DNA of 45,041 bases. It comes from an uncultured Eubacteriales bacterium (lineage in GTDB: Bacteria; Bacillota; Clostridia; Oscillospirales; Oscillospiraceae). This document shows, piece by piece, positions 1-9,800 of the stretch (its first letter is position 1; every line of letters begins with the position of its first letter). The notes beneath the pieces were generated by a model that worked only from the letters and a program-made list of their open reading frames with translations, was not told the origin of the DNA and did not search any database. The position numbers and the translations under genes are program-made. The stretch covers positions 1 through 45,041 of the forward strand of contig ONCN01000001.1 in NCBI GenBank assembly GCA_900316335.1, in the 5' to 3' direction.

Positions 1-555
1 CAAAAGCCGCTCATCCTCGGTCTCCAGGCGCAAGAGGGCCCTTGCGTGGCGCTCAGAAAGGTGCGCTTCCCGCAGCCGCTCAAGCACGGCGGGGGAGTGA
101 CGCAAAAGCCGCAGCTTGTTTGCCACGGCCGATTGACTTTTGCCCAGGCGGCGGGCGGCCTGCTCCTGGCTCAGACCGTACAGGCGCATCAGCCGGGCGA
201 TGCCCTGGGCCTCCTCGATGTAGTCCAAATCCGCCCGCTGCAGATTTTCTACCAGCGCCAGCATCCCGGACTGCTCCTCATCCATGGTCATCACAATGCA
301 GGGGATCTCCTCAAGCCCTGCCAGACGCGCAGCGCGCAGCCGCCGCTCACCGGCCACCAGCTCATAAAAGCTGCCTCTTCGCCGCACCGACACCGGCTGG
401 AGCACCCCATACTGGGCAATGGAGCCGGCCAGCTCCTGCAAGGCCTCTTTGTCAAAGACCTTTCTGGGCTGCCCGGGATTTGGCCGGATGAGCGTAAGCG
501 GCACGAAGATTACCCGACCGGTCTCGATAAAGGTTTTCAGCTTGGATTTTTGCAT
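1..555 (-). CDS. ParB/Spo0J-family (possibly Noc-like) DNA-binding partition protein; its 3' end runs off the window
   Basis: Not in the ORF track because no stop codon lies in the window. My translation from ATG (555-553) gives MQKSKLKTFIETGRVIFVPLTLIRPNPGQPRKVF...YELVAGERRLRAARLAGL...LVENLQRADL...GKSQSAVANKLRLL. This shows ParB-box motifs plus an HTH. A GGAGGAA RBS lies 5 nt upstream. Confidence 0.8.
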   Translation of the reverse strand, partial: MQKSKLKTFIETGRVIFVPLTLIRPNPGQPRKVFDKEALQELAGSIAQYGVLQPVSVRRRGSFYELVAGERRLRAARLAGLEEIPCIVMTMDEEQSGMLALVENLQRADLDYIEEAQGIARLMRLYGLSQEQAARRLGKSQSAVANKLRLLRHSPAVLERLREAHLSERHARALLRLETEDERLL

Positions 556-613
556 ATTCATTCCTCCGGTACGATCCATACTATGTCTGAGCCAACATAT
601 TGTACCGCCGGGA

Positions 614-653
614 AATAAAAAATTCCCACGAAGCGGGGACGCTTCGTGGGAAT
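614..653 (-). terminator. Intrinsic terminator of the GntR-ABC operon
   Basis: A 13-bp perfect stem, ATTCCCACGAAGC (622-634) / GCTTCGTGGGAAT (641-653), has a 6-nt loop. On the minus strand it is followed by TTTTTTATTT (621-614), 14 nt after the permease stop. Confidence 0.7.
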
Positions 654-666
654 ATCCGCTCAGGCG

Positions 667-2430
667 TTACTTACCTGAAAGCACCGCCACAGTGTGCGTG
701 GCAGATTCGGGAACGTTTACCTGTAAAAGGTTGTTGTACTCGCTTGGATACACGGAGAGCTCGCCAAGGTCCTTATCGTCCCAGGTCAGGGCGTTCGAGA
801 TCGGGAGCGCCCCCGCCTTTGCATCCTCAATCAAAGCCTGGCGCACAAGCGCAAGTCTGAAGCTGCCAAAGCGGACCACATCCGGCGTGTCGTAGTATAT
901 GTCTGTCGACTCGTCATAGTAGTTTTCCATATCCTCCTCCGTCTGCGCGGATGCGGGCGGCGTAACGTACCAGGAGAAAGCACCCTCCTCCGCGTCGCCC
1001 GGCCAGCGTGCTTCATAATATGCCGCGGCGTACTCGGGCTTTCGGCACAGCGCTGCAATTGTGCGGCCAAGGTCTGACGATTTGGGGATCTCATAGATCC
1101 GCGTCTGCGTCAAGCCGCTGCTGAGGCGATAGCTGATGGCGATCTGAGCCGTGGGCTCGCCAGACTCGGGTGCTTGCGTGCTGCGCGCGTTCATCGCCTC
1201 TGTGAGAAACGTGCCATTGGCCTGCGCAAGCTGCTCCAGCTCGTCCTGGTCGCGGATCAGAAGATCGGGCGTCTCGGGCAGATGGTCGATGCTGTGCTCA
1301 CTGAACGAATAGTAGTTTGAAACGGTGAGCCTTGCTTCGGTGATCGTGGCAGGGTTGGGTACATGTCGCTGAGAGCCCAGCACGTCATAGCGCAGCCCCA
1401 GCACGAATACCGCCAGCGCAGCCACGCACAGCGCCCAGCCGGTCCAGTTTTTCCGGTCAAAGACCCGGATGGTGCGCTGCAGCATCATCCTCGCGCCAAA
1501 CCACGACAGGAAGAAGCTGATCGCGCCGAAGAGCAGAAAGACAAACGGGTAGCGCGCGACCGGCTCTCCGCTGAAGAGCAGCCACAAAATGAAGCTCAGC
1601 CCCAGGCCCGCCGTGACGGTAAAGAGCACTTGGAAGGCGACCTTTGCCCAGGTGTGGACCATTGCGTCGCCTGCCCGCTCGAGATGGCGCACTCGATAGT
1701 GCAGCCACGCGGCGACCAGCGCCACCACGCCGATCCCGGCCCAGATCAAAAGGCGGGGCAGACTTTGCTGGATAACCAGCGCCAAGAAGGGCGACAGCTC
1801 ACCCAGAACAGACTCCCTGTAGGCAAAGCCAAGGAACAGCTCTGACAAAAGCATACAGACCATCCGCGGCAGCACGTAGCCGATAAACTGGATGGCGCCA
1901 TAGCTCAAAACGCCGATGATCGTCCGTCCGGTGAGCAGCATGCAGAACACCGCAAGCCCGAAGAAGCAGATCCATGCCAGGCATTGCTTGCCCAACAGCG
2001 TCAGCCCGAGCGTGGCTGCAAGCGAGATGCTCCGAAGCTGCAGACCGATGATCAGCGCCCCCGTGAACAAAAGCTGGGGCACCAGGAAGAACAGCATCCC
2101 CGCAATCACATGGGTGATAAACTGGGTAGACCGGTTGAGCGGGAAGGCGTGCATCATATAGGCCGAGCGGGCGTTGTGCAGATACCGCAGCAGCATAGCC
2201 GCAACCATCACGGCATAGATCGCGCTGCTCACCGTGCCGAGGGTGCCCAGCACCTTGATCAGACGCTCGGCCTGGGACGGGCGATACTCCAGCCCGACGC
2301 CGCCCAGATCCTGAACGGTGAAGAAGGCGGCCAGCATCCAGAACGCTGTGTACAGCGCCCACAGGGGAGCAAAGCGGGTGATATCCTTTTTCAGCAGCGT
2401 GCTGTCACAGAATGACGCTCTTGACTTCAT
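667..2430 (-). CDS. ABC-2-type transporter permease with a large hydrophilic C-terminal domain
   Basis: ORF 667..2439. I prefer ATG at 2430 (MKSRASF...) because GGAGGTG lies 6 nt upstream. About 370 aa have many hydrophobic spans, followed by an acidic, Tyr-rich tail of about 215 aa. The gene overlaps the upstream ABC ATPase gene. Confidence 0.7.
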   Translation of the reverse strand: MKSRASFCDSTLLKKDITRFAPLWALYTAFWMLAAFFTVQDLGGVGLEYRPSQAERLIKVLGTLGTVSSAIYAVMVAAMLLRYLHNARSAYMMHAFPLNRSTQFITHVIAGMLFFLVPQLLFTGALIIGLQLRSISLAATLGLTLLGKQCLAWICFFGLAVFCMLLTGRTIIGVLSYGAIQFIGYVLPRMVCMLLSELFLGFAYRESVLGELSPFLALVIQQSLPRLLIWAGIGVVALVAAWLHYRVRHLERAGDAMVHTWAKVAFQVLFTVTAGLGLSFILWLLFSGEPVARYPFVFLLFGAISFFLSWFGARMMLQRTIRVFDRKNWTGWALCVAALAVFVLGLRYDVLGSQRHVPNPATITEARLTVSNYYSFSEHSIDHLPETPDLLIRDQDELEQLAQANGTFLTEAMNARSTQAPESGEPTAQIAISYRLSSGLTQTRIYEIPKSSDLGRTIAALCRKPEYAAAYYEARWPGDAEEGAFSWYVTPPASAQTEEDMENYYDESTDIYYDTPDVVRFGSFRLALVRQALIEDAKAGALPISNALTWDDKDLGELSVYPSEYNNLLQVNVPESATHTVAVLSGK

Positions 2431-3298
2431 AGTCCACACCTCCTAACTCATAGACAAAGACCTCTTCCAGAGACAGCGGCACCAGATCGAAAAACACCGG
2501 GTTTGCCGCAGCCAGCACGCGGTTGACCTCCTCCTGGCTGCCCCGGATGATCAGCGTGAGGATCTTGCCGCTCGCGGACCGGTGCAGCACGTTCAGCTCC
2601 TGCGGGACCTGGCTGCCCTCGCGCAGGACCACCTGGGCCTTGACCACATTGTCCTGCAGCTCTGCCAGGGTGCGCTCAAGCATCATTTTGCCCTTGTGCA
2701 TGATGCCGACGTGGTCGCACACGTCCTCCAGCTCCCGCAGATTGTGGGACGACACCAAAACCGTGGTGCCGCGCTCCGCCACGTCCTGCATCAGAAGCCC
2801 CCAGACCTGGCGGCGCATCACGGGATCAAGCCCGTCAACCGGCTCGTCCAAAATCAGAACCTCGGGCCGCGCCGCGATCGACAGCAAAAAGGCCGCCTGC
2901 TTCTGCATGCCCTTGGAAAACCGCCGCAGGGCCATCTTCTCGTCCAAAGAGAAGGCGCCCAGCAGCTCTTTGTACATCTGCCGGTCAAAGCTCGGGTAGA
3001 TCCCTGCATAGAAGCTTGCCATCTCGCCCAGCCCCGCAGAGGGGAAGTAGAAGATATCGTCGGGGATATAGGCAATTCTGGCCTTCACGGCGGGGTTTTC
3101 ATACACCGGCGCTCCCAGCACGGTGACGCTGCCCTTGTCCGGGCGGTAGATGCCGGTGATATGGCGGATCACGGTGGACTTGCCCGCGCCGTTCGGTCCC
3201 ACCAGGCCATAGATGGCCCCCTTGGGGACGGTGAGGGTCAGATCGTCCAGCGCCCGAAACCCGTCGAAGGTCTTGGTGAGCTGTTTGACTTGGATCAT
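2405..3298 (-). CDS. ABC transporter ATP-binding protein
   Basis: Walker A GPNGAGKST, signature-like FSKGMQKQ, Walker B LILDEP and H-loop SSHNL are present. There is a 4-nt ATGA overlap with the GntR gene. Confidence 0.9.
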   Translation of the reverse strand: MIQVKQLTKTFDGFRALDDLTLTVPKGAIYGLVGPNGAGKSTVIRHITGIYRPDKGSVTVLGAPVYENPAVKARIAYIPDDIFYFPSAGLGEMASFYAGIYPSFDRQMYKELLGAFSLDEKMALRRFSKGMQKQAAFLLSIAARPEVLILDEPVDGLDPVMRRQVWGLLMQDVAERGTTVLVSSHNLRELEDVCDHVGIMHKGKMMLERTLAELQDNVVKAQVVLREGSQVPQELNVLHRSASGKILTLIIRGSQEEVNRVLAAANPVFFDLVPLSLEEVFVYELGGVDYEVKSVIL

Positions 3299-3654
3299 AC
3301 TGTTACCTCCTTGATCACGCGCACAAGCTCTTGCTGGGACGTACCCAACTGCATCAGCTCTGTGGCGGTCTGGACCAGGCGGTCCATCAGCTCGCGCTTG
3401 CGCGCGTCGTCCACCTGGTCGAGTCTCCCGGCGAAGGAACCCTTCCCGGGGACAGAATAGATAAAGCCTGCCTGCTCCAGCTCCCGGTAGGCTCGTTGGA
3501 TGGTGTTGGGATTGATGGCGAGCTGACCCGCCAGCTCTCTGACCGAGGGCAGCTTTTCCCCCTCGGCGATTGCGCCGGAGAGGATCATGCGCCGGAGCTT
3601 TTCTTCCAGCTGCTCATAGATCGGTCTGGGATCCCGGTAGTTCAAGGTGATCAA
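3295..3654 (-). CDS. GntR-family transcriptional regulator, short YtrA-type (winged HTH only)
   Basis: 119 aa. The motif LPSVRELAGQLAINPNTIQRAYRELEQAGFIYSVPGKGSFA is present. TTG start with GGAGG 7 nt upstream. Confidence 0.9.
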   Translation of the reverse strand: MITLNYRDPRPIYEQLEEKLRRMILSGAIAEGEKLPSVRELAGQLAINPNTIQRAYRELEQAGFIYSVPGKGSFAGRLDQVDDARKRELMDRLVQTATELMQLGTSQQELVRVIKEVTV

Positions 3655-3677
3655 AAATCTGCCTCCTTTCGCGTACC

Positions 3678-3730
3678 AACTGTATTAACTGACCTAATAC
3701 AGTTATAGCACACGGAATAGAGATTGTCAA
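3678..3730 (-). promoter_or_regulatory. Promoter plus palindromic operator of the GntR-ABC operon
   Basis: Minus strand: TTGACA (3730-3725), 17 nt, TATAAC (3707-3702). The perfect inverted repeat AACTGTATTA-N7-TAATACAGTT (3678-3704) overlaps the -10 box and the start-site region. Confidence 0.55.
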
Positions 3731-3838
3731 CCCCATTTTTTTATGCTAAGATGAAGAAAAGATGAAGATCCGTTCAAAAGCCTGCGATATTTCGCCCCGT
3801 CCGATCGTTTTTGTAATCAGAAACCCAAGGAGACGAAC

Positions 3839-4318
3839 ATGGAACTGGATGATGAACAGGTGATACGCTGCTTCGGGCCCTCGCTGTATCGCCTGGCTTA
3901 CAGCTACTGCGCCCAGCGGGAGGACGCCGAGGACGTGGTGCAGGAGGTTTTGATCAAATACCTTCGCCACCGCGGCGCCTTTTCCTCAGAGCAGGAGCTG
4001 CGCCACTGGCTCTTCAAGGTTACGGCCAATCAGTGCCGTGACCTGCTTCGCTCTGCCTGGAAAAAGAAAACCGTCCCCCTGGAGGACCGGCCGGAGCTGA
4101 CGCAGCCTGCCCCCGAGCGGGATCTGGATCTTGAGCGCGCCATGCAGGCGCTTGGACCGGCCTACCGCACGGTGCTGTATCTGTACTATTATGAAGACCT
4201 GCCGGTTGCTCAGGTTGCACAGATCCTGCATCTGAGCCAGACCGCAGTGCGCTCGCGGCTGGACCGGGGACGAAAACAGCTCAAAGCACGGTTGGGAGGT
4301 GCGCCAAGTGAACGATGA
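3839..4318 (+). CDS. ECF-type RNA polymerase sigma-70 family factor
   Basis: 159 aa. Region 2 (DAEDVVQEVLIKYL...HWLFKVTANQCRDLLR) and region 4 HTH (YRTVLYLYYYEDLPVAQVAQILHLSQTAVRSRLDRGRKQLK) are present. AAGGAG RBS. Confidence 0.85.
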   Translation: MELDDEQVIRCFGPSLYRLAYSYCAQREDAEDVVQEVLIKYLRHRGAFSSEQELRHWLFKVTANQCRDLLRSAWKKKTVPLEDRPELTQPAPERDLDLERAMQALGPAYRTVLYLYYYEDLPVAQVAQILHLSQTAVRSRLDRGRKQLKARLGGAPSER

Positions 4319-5165
4319 AAAACAGTGGATCCGATCCTATTATGACCGGGTCGAGCCCTCGGAGGAATTTGAGCAGAAGCTGCTTGCCCTCGCGCGGCAG
4401 CCGCGGCGCAAAGCGCCCGCACGCTTAAAGCCGCTTGCAGCGGCAGCGGTCATGGTGCTGCTCTCGCTTGCGGGCTTCGGCTATCTCAAAATGCAGCGGC
4501 CCGCGCCGAAGCCTCCTGTGGAAGCCCTGCAGCCGGTGCAGCCCGCTGCGTCCGTCCAGGCGACCGATCCGCTCGAGCCACCCCCGACAGAGCCCGCCGT
4601 GCACCGCCCGCCCCAGAGCGGGCAAACAGAGCCTGCCCCGACGCAGCTGCTTCCCACCGAGCCCGCGGCCCCCACAGATCCCGCGCCGACTGCCCCCACA
4701 GCAACGGAGTCAAATCCAACCGAAGCCCCGCCCACGCAGCCCAAGCCGACCGAAGCGCCGCCGACCGAAGCGCCGCCGACCGAGCCGTCCCCAACGGAGC
4801 CTACCGACTCTGAAGCGCCAACTTATCCCACCGAGCCGACCGATCCCACCGTGCCGGAAGAGTCCGTTGACCCCACCGATCCCACCGACCACACCGAACC
4901 GCAGCCATCCGAGCCGGTTCAGGAGGCGCTGCCGCTTGTTGCCGCCTACTATACGCTCAACGGCCGGGATCTTGTGGTCGTGACCAACACCCGGGACGAC
5001 ACCGAGACGTTTTTGGACTTCACCGGCCTTCTGGACGAGGGCTATTACCGCGGCGTCCAGCAGATCCAGGGCTACCTTGTCTGGATCGAGATCCGTCAGA
5101 CCACCCGCGGCGAGTTCCAGGTGGAGCTCACCCCCTATGAAGAACAGCAGGAGGATACGCCATGA
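4299..5165 (+). CDS. Putative anti-sigma factor: single-pass membrane protein with a Pro/Thr-rich extracytoplasmic linker
   Basis: It overlaps the sigma gene stop. GTG at 4308, 8 nt after GGGAGG, is an alternative start. It has a short cytoplasmic N-terminus, one TM helix (LAAAAVMVLLSLAGFGYL), a PTEP-type linker of about 120 aa and a C-terminal globular part of about 80 aa. No HxxxCxxC zinc motif is present. The function is inferred from position only. Confidence 0.5.
   Translation: MRQVNDEKQWIRSYYDRVEPSEEFEQKLLALARQPRRKAPARLKPLAAAAVMVLLSLAGFGYLKMQRPAPKPPVEALQPVQPAASVQATDPLEPPPTEPAVHRPPQSGQTEPAPTQLLPTEPAAPTDPAPTAPTATESNPTEAPPTQPKPTEAPPTEAPPTEPSPTEPTDSEAPTYPTEPTDPTVPEESVDPTDPTDHTEPQPSEPVQEALPLVAAYYTLNGRDLVVVTNTRDDTETFLDFTGLLDEGYYRGVQQIQGYLVWIEIRQTTRGEFQVELTPYEEQQEDTP
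4746..4787 (+). repeat. Tandem 15-nt coding repeat (CCGACCGAAGCGCCG x2 plus a partial copy) inside the Pro/Thr-rich linker
   Basis: Direct reading shows 4746-4760 equals 4761-4775, with a degenerate third copy at 4776-4787. It encodes PTEAP-PTEAP-PTEP. Confidence 0.8.
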
Positions 5166-6611
5166 AGCCAAGACACCGATTGATCGCGCTGCTATTGACC
5201 CTGGCTCTGCTTTTTGGCCTTGCCCCGGCTTCTTTGGCCGCGGGGGAGGCGTCCAAAATCAGCCCGGAGCTTGCAGAAGCGATGGCAAACGAGCCGGACA
5301 CAGCGACGTTTCCCGTCTGGATCTGGCTGCACGATCTGACGCAGCCGGAGCGGGAGCAGCTTCTCCTGGACCGCTGTGGCACAACAGAGCCGGAGATCTC
5401 GCAGCTTCACCAGGTCTTACGAGACTACTATACCGGGGAAAACCAGAGCTTTTTGACCCAATACGCACCGGATCTTCCCCCGGAGGATCATCTGTTTGTC
5501 AGCCACTATGGCCCCATCCTGATCCTGAGGCTGACAAAAGCCAGGATCCTGTCGTTGGAGCTTGCGCCCGAGGTCACGGAGGTTGCGCTGTTTGTATCCT
5601 ACGATCTGGTGCCCGAGACGATCGTTGTGCCAACAAGCCCCACGCCCGTGCCGGAGCCAACGTCGCCGGAGCCCATGCCGGAGCCGCCGACGCCCAGCGA
5701 AACCCTGGTTCCCGCCCGCGAGCTGCCGGGTCCTGTCGCGCTTGAGATCCGCCAGGCCTACCGACTGCTTTACGCGCCGGGCAGCAGCCTGCAAAACGTC
5801 CGGGTCGTCGGCTATTATGGGCAGAGTCAGCAGGGGTATGAGCTGGTCACGCTCCGGGTGCTGGGCCGCGACGAGGTTGCCTTGCCGAGCATGTCCTGGA
5901 TCCTCCTTGCAAGCCATCTGTTCTATTTTCACGACTATACCGAGCAGATCCCCGTCCTGGCCTATCGCGACGGGGACCTACGTGAGCAAGCCCTTCCAGG
6001 ACGTGGCAAGAAACGCCTGGTACTATCCCTTTGTCCACGACGCTGCCACCGCCGGCATCACCGCTGGCGTCAGTGAGTCCGGCTTTGCCCCGCAGGGGAC
6101 GCTGACGCGGGCCATGTTTGTGACCATGCTCCGCCGGGTGGATGCGCCCGAGACCCATTTTCTTGTGCGCGAGGCGGTGCATCCTGCCGCCAGAGTGAGC
6201 GCGCCGCAGGCGGCCTTCCAGGACGTGCCGCAGAGCGCCTACTTCGCAGGGCCGGCTCTGTGGGCCTCCGCCATCGGCGTGAGTAAGGGCGTGGACGCCG
6301 ACCGCTTTGCCCCGAACGACCCCATCACCCGCCAGCAGGCCGTGACCATGCTCTGGCGCTACGTCGATGCGCTTGGCATCTGCCTGTCCGAGACAGGCAG
6401 CGACCGGGAGTATGCCGACCGCGACCAGATCGCCCCCTATGCAGTCGAGGCCGTGGCTTGGGCGCGCCGGACCGGCCTGATGTCCGGCGACGACGCCAAC
6501 CGCTTCCGCCCGAAGGACGAGATCACCCGCGCCGAGGCCGCCAAGATCATGTGGATGCTCTATGCGGCGCTCTACGAGGGCAGGTTCACCCGCACAGAGC
6601 AGTACGGCTGA
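5162..6611 (+). pseudogene. Secreted SLH-domain cell-surface protein; the reading frame is broken at a G4 run (5972-5975)
   Basis: ORF 5162..6076 supplies the signal peptide (MKPRHRLIALLLTLALLFGLAPASLAAGEA), an N-terminal domain and a P-rich linker. A second frame, seen as the tail of ORF 5562..6611, supplies three SLH repeats (FQDVARNAWYY..., FQDVPQSAYFAG..., YADRDQIAPYAVEAV...). Removing one G from GGGG joins them as ...AYRDGTYVSKPFQDV... Confidence 0.7.
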
Positions 6612-6670
6612 GATCGGCGGAACCTCGCAAGCGCCGCGCTTTGCGACGGCAGATCATTTGCAATCAAGTA

Positions 6671-6723
6671 ACGCAGCACACCGGACGAATGGTTGTCCGG
6701 TGTGCTGCGTTATAGCATTTTTT
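6671..6723 (+). terminator. Intrinsic terminator after the SLH gene
   Basis: A 16-bp perfect stem, ACGCAGCACACCGGAC (6671-6686) / GTCCGGTGTGCTGCGT (6695-6710), is followed by TATAGCATTTTTT. Confidence 0.85.
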
Positions 6724-6742
6724 CAAAAATCCTACAAAGTGC

Positions 6743-6771
6743 TTGCAAACGGTGACAAAACTTGGTACAAT
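6743..6771 (+). promoter_or_regulatory. Candidate sigma-A promoter of smc
   Basis: TTGCAA (6743-6748), 17 nt, TACAAT (6766-6771), preceded by TGg (extended -10 type). It lies 38 nt upstream of the GTG start. Confidence 0.5.
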
Positions 6772-6808
6772 ATATTGAATTATTGTAATTGCATGCAGGA
6801 GAACGCAC

Positions 6809-9800
6809 GTGTATCTGAAATCACTGGAAATCCAGGGCTTTAAATCCTTCCCGGACAAGACCTTCCTCCAATTCGGCGACGACATCACCGCCATTGTGGG
6901 ACCCAACGGCTCGGGCAAATCCAATATCTCCGACGCCATCCGCTGGGTCATGGGCGAGCAAAGTACCCGTGCCCTGCGCGGCGGCAAGATGGAGGACGTC
7001 ATCTTCGGCGGCACCCAAAAGCGCGCCCAGGTGGGCTTTGCCGAGGCCAGTCTTGTGCTGGACAACACCGACCGGGCCTTTGCCGTCGACGCCGACGAGG
7101 TCATGGTCACCCGGCGCTATTACCGCTCTGGAGAGAGCGAATACTATATCAACAAGCAGTCCGCACGTCTGCGTGACATCAACGAGCTGTTTATGGATAC
7201 CGGCCTTGGCAAGGAGGGCTACTCCAATATCTCCCAGGGCCGCATCGACGAGATCCTCTCACTCAAGAGCACCGACCGCCGCGAGATCTTTGAGGAGGCC
7301 GCGGGCATCTCGAAATACCGCCACCGCAAGGAGGAGACTGAGCGCCGCCTGGAGCGCACCGAGGACAATCTGCTTCGCATCGGCGACAAGATCTCCGAGC
7401 TTGAGCTCCAGATCGAGCCTCTGCGTGAGCAGGCCGAGAAGGCGAAAAAATACCTGGCCTTCCGCGACGAACTCAAGGGGCTTGAGGTCGCACTCTGGGT
7501 CCAAAGCCTGGAGCGGCTGGCCCAGACCGCCCAAAAGGCCGAAGAAGACTACCGCTCCGCCACCTTTATCCTTCAGCAGGAGCACGATGCGCTCGAGGCG
7601 CTGTATCAAAGCTCAGAGGCACTCACCGCGCAGCTTCGCGAAGAGGACCAGATCCTTGACCAGCGACGGGGCGAGATCGAGCTTGCCAAGGCCGAGGCCC
7701 AGCGGCTCGAGGGCGAGCTTGCCCTGCGCCGCAGCGAGGAAAAAAACGTTACAGAGAATATCGACCGCCTGAACCGGGAACTATCCGAGCAGGACAGCCG
7801 CAGCGGCGGCGTTCTGGCCGAGATGGAGGAGCGGCGCGCCCGCATCCGCGAGATCGACGCGCAGACCAAAACGCTCGAGACCCAACTGCAGGATCTGTCC
7901 AGGCAGGTCGAGGCGCTGACCGAATCCGCCGAGGGCATGACCCGGCAGTATCTGGAGCTGCAGCAAAGCCAGGCTGCCTGCACCGCCGAGATCGCGGGCA
8001 AGCAGGCGGACCTTGCCGCCCTGTCTGGCGCGCTCGAGCGGGCCGGCGCCCGCCGGGAAGAGCTGACCGCCGACAGGGACGCCGCCAAGTCCCGCCGCGC
8101 TGAAACCAAGGCCAGGCTTTCAGACTGCCGCGCCCGCCTGCGCGCGGCCAGAGACAGCGTCCAAAGCCAAAAAAACACCATCTCCGGCTATACCCTGCGG
8201 CAAAAAGCCCGCCGGGAAAAGGCCGATACTCTAGCCGCCAGCCTGCGGGAGCTGGGCGTAAGCCTGGATACCGCCGCCTCCAAGCTCCGTCTTCTGCGGG
8301 AGATGGAGCGCGAGTACGAGGGCTTTTCCAAGGCTGTGCGCTTTGTCATGCAAGAGTCCGGCTCCGGCCGCCTGGACGGCATCCACGGTCCGGTCTCGCG
8401 CCTGATCCAGACCGACGACAAGTTCTCCGTCGCCATGGAGATCGCCCTTGGCGCCGCCATGCAGCATATCGTGGTGGGTACGGAGCAAGACGGCAAGGCC
8501 GCCATCGGCCAGCTCAAAAACCGCGACCAGGGCCGCGCAACCTTCCTGCCGCTGTCCACCATCCGCGGCAGCGTTCTGCAAGAGCGCGGCCTGGATCAGT
8601 GCAGAGGCTTCCTTGGCGTCGCCTCCTCCCTGGTCCGCTGCCAGGACCGCTATCGCCCCGTGGTCGAAAGCTTGCTTGGCCGCACGGTCATCTGCCAAAG
8701 CCTGGACGACGCGATTGCCATGTCCCGCCAATATCGCAGCCGCTTCAAGATCGTCACGCTCGACGGCCAGGTTATGAACGCCGGCGGCTCCATGACCGGC
8801 GGCAGCGTCAGCCGCAGCGCGGGCGTGCTGTCCCGCGCCAACGAGATCCAGCGGCTCCAGGTCAAGGTCCGCGAGCTCGAGGGGCAGAAGCTCCAGCAGC
8901 AAAAGGAGCTTGCCGAGGCCCAGCGCCAGGCCGAGCAGGTGAGCTTTGAGCTCCAGACCGCACAGGACCAGCTCAGAGAGCAGGAGGATCTGACCCTTCG
9001 CCTCGAGGGCGAGGAGAAGCAGTATGCCGTCCTCTTTGAGGCCATCGTCCAGGCCGCCAGCGCCAACGACCGGGAGCTTGACCAGCTCAAGGCCCAGACC
9101 AAGGCGGATCTTGCCCGGCAGGACAGTCTGACCAAGGACCTTCGCACCCTCAAGGCGACCCAGGCGGATCTGACTGCCCGGCTGGAGGTTTTGAGTCTGA
9201 GCCAGGAGGACGTGAGCGGGCAGAGCGGCAGTCTGATGGACCGCACCACGCAACTGAAAATGGACATCGCCGGCCTTGCCGCCGAAAAGCTCACCGCCAT
9301 GGACGCGCTGCGCTCGCTCTCGGGCCTAAGCCAGGCCATGGAGGGCGACCGCAACCAGAAGACGGACCTGATTGCCGCCTTTGAGGGGCAGATCCTGCTG
9401 CTTCAGGGGCAGATGGACCAGCTCCAGGCCCGGATCCGCGCCCAGCAGGACACGGTCTCCCAGCGCCAGCAGGCGCTTGAGCAGGCCCAGGCGCACCGCG
9501 CCGGGGTGGAGGCCAAGCGCACCGCGACCGACCGGGACGCCCAGCAGAAAAACAAAGACATCATCGATATGGAGCGGGAGGTTGCCCGCCTCGAGGCACG
9601 GAAGAACAACGCCGAGCTGGAGGAAAAGCAGATCATCGACAAGCTCTGGGAGTCCTACGAGCTCACCCCCTCCACGGCCCCAGCCCAGGCGGCAAAGATC
9701 GAGTCCGTCCAGGCTGCGACCAAGCGGTCTGCAGAGCTTCGCCGCAAGATCCACAGTCTGGGGACTCCGAACCTCGGCGCCATCGACGAATACGCCCGGG

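Noticed and set aside
4560-4900. The repetitive PTEP-coding DNA was considered as a possible CRISPR-like or satellite array
   Set aside because: The repeats are 15 nt or shorter, in frame, degenerate and without spacers. They lie inside a membrane-protein ORF, so this is simple low-complexity coding sequence.
5562-5972. The first 137 aa or so of track ORF 5562..6611
   Set aside because: It is an out-of-frame read through the N-terminal half of the SLH gene and is Arg/Pro/Ser-rich. Only the part downstream of the G4 run (5972-5975) is meaningful.
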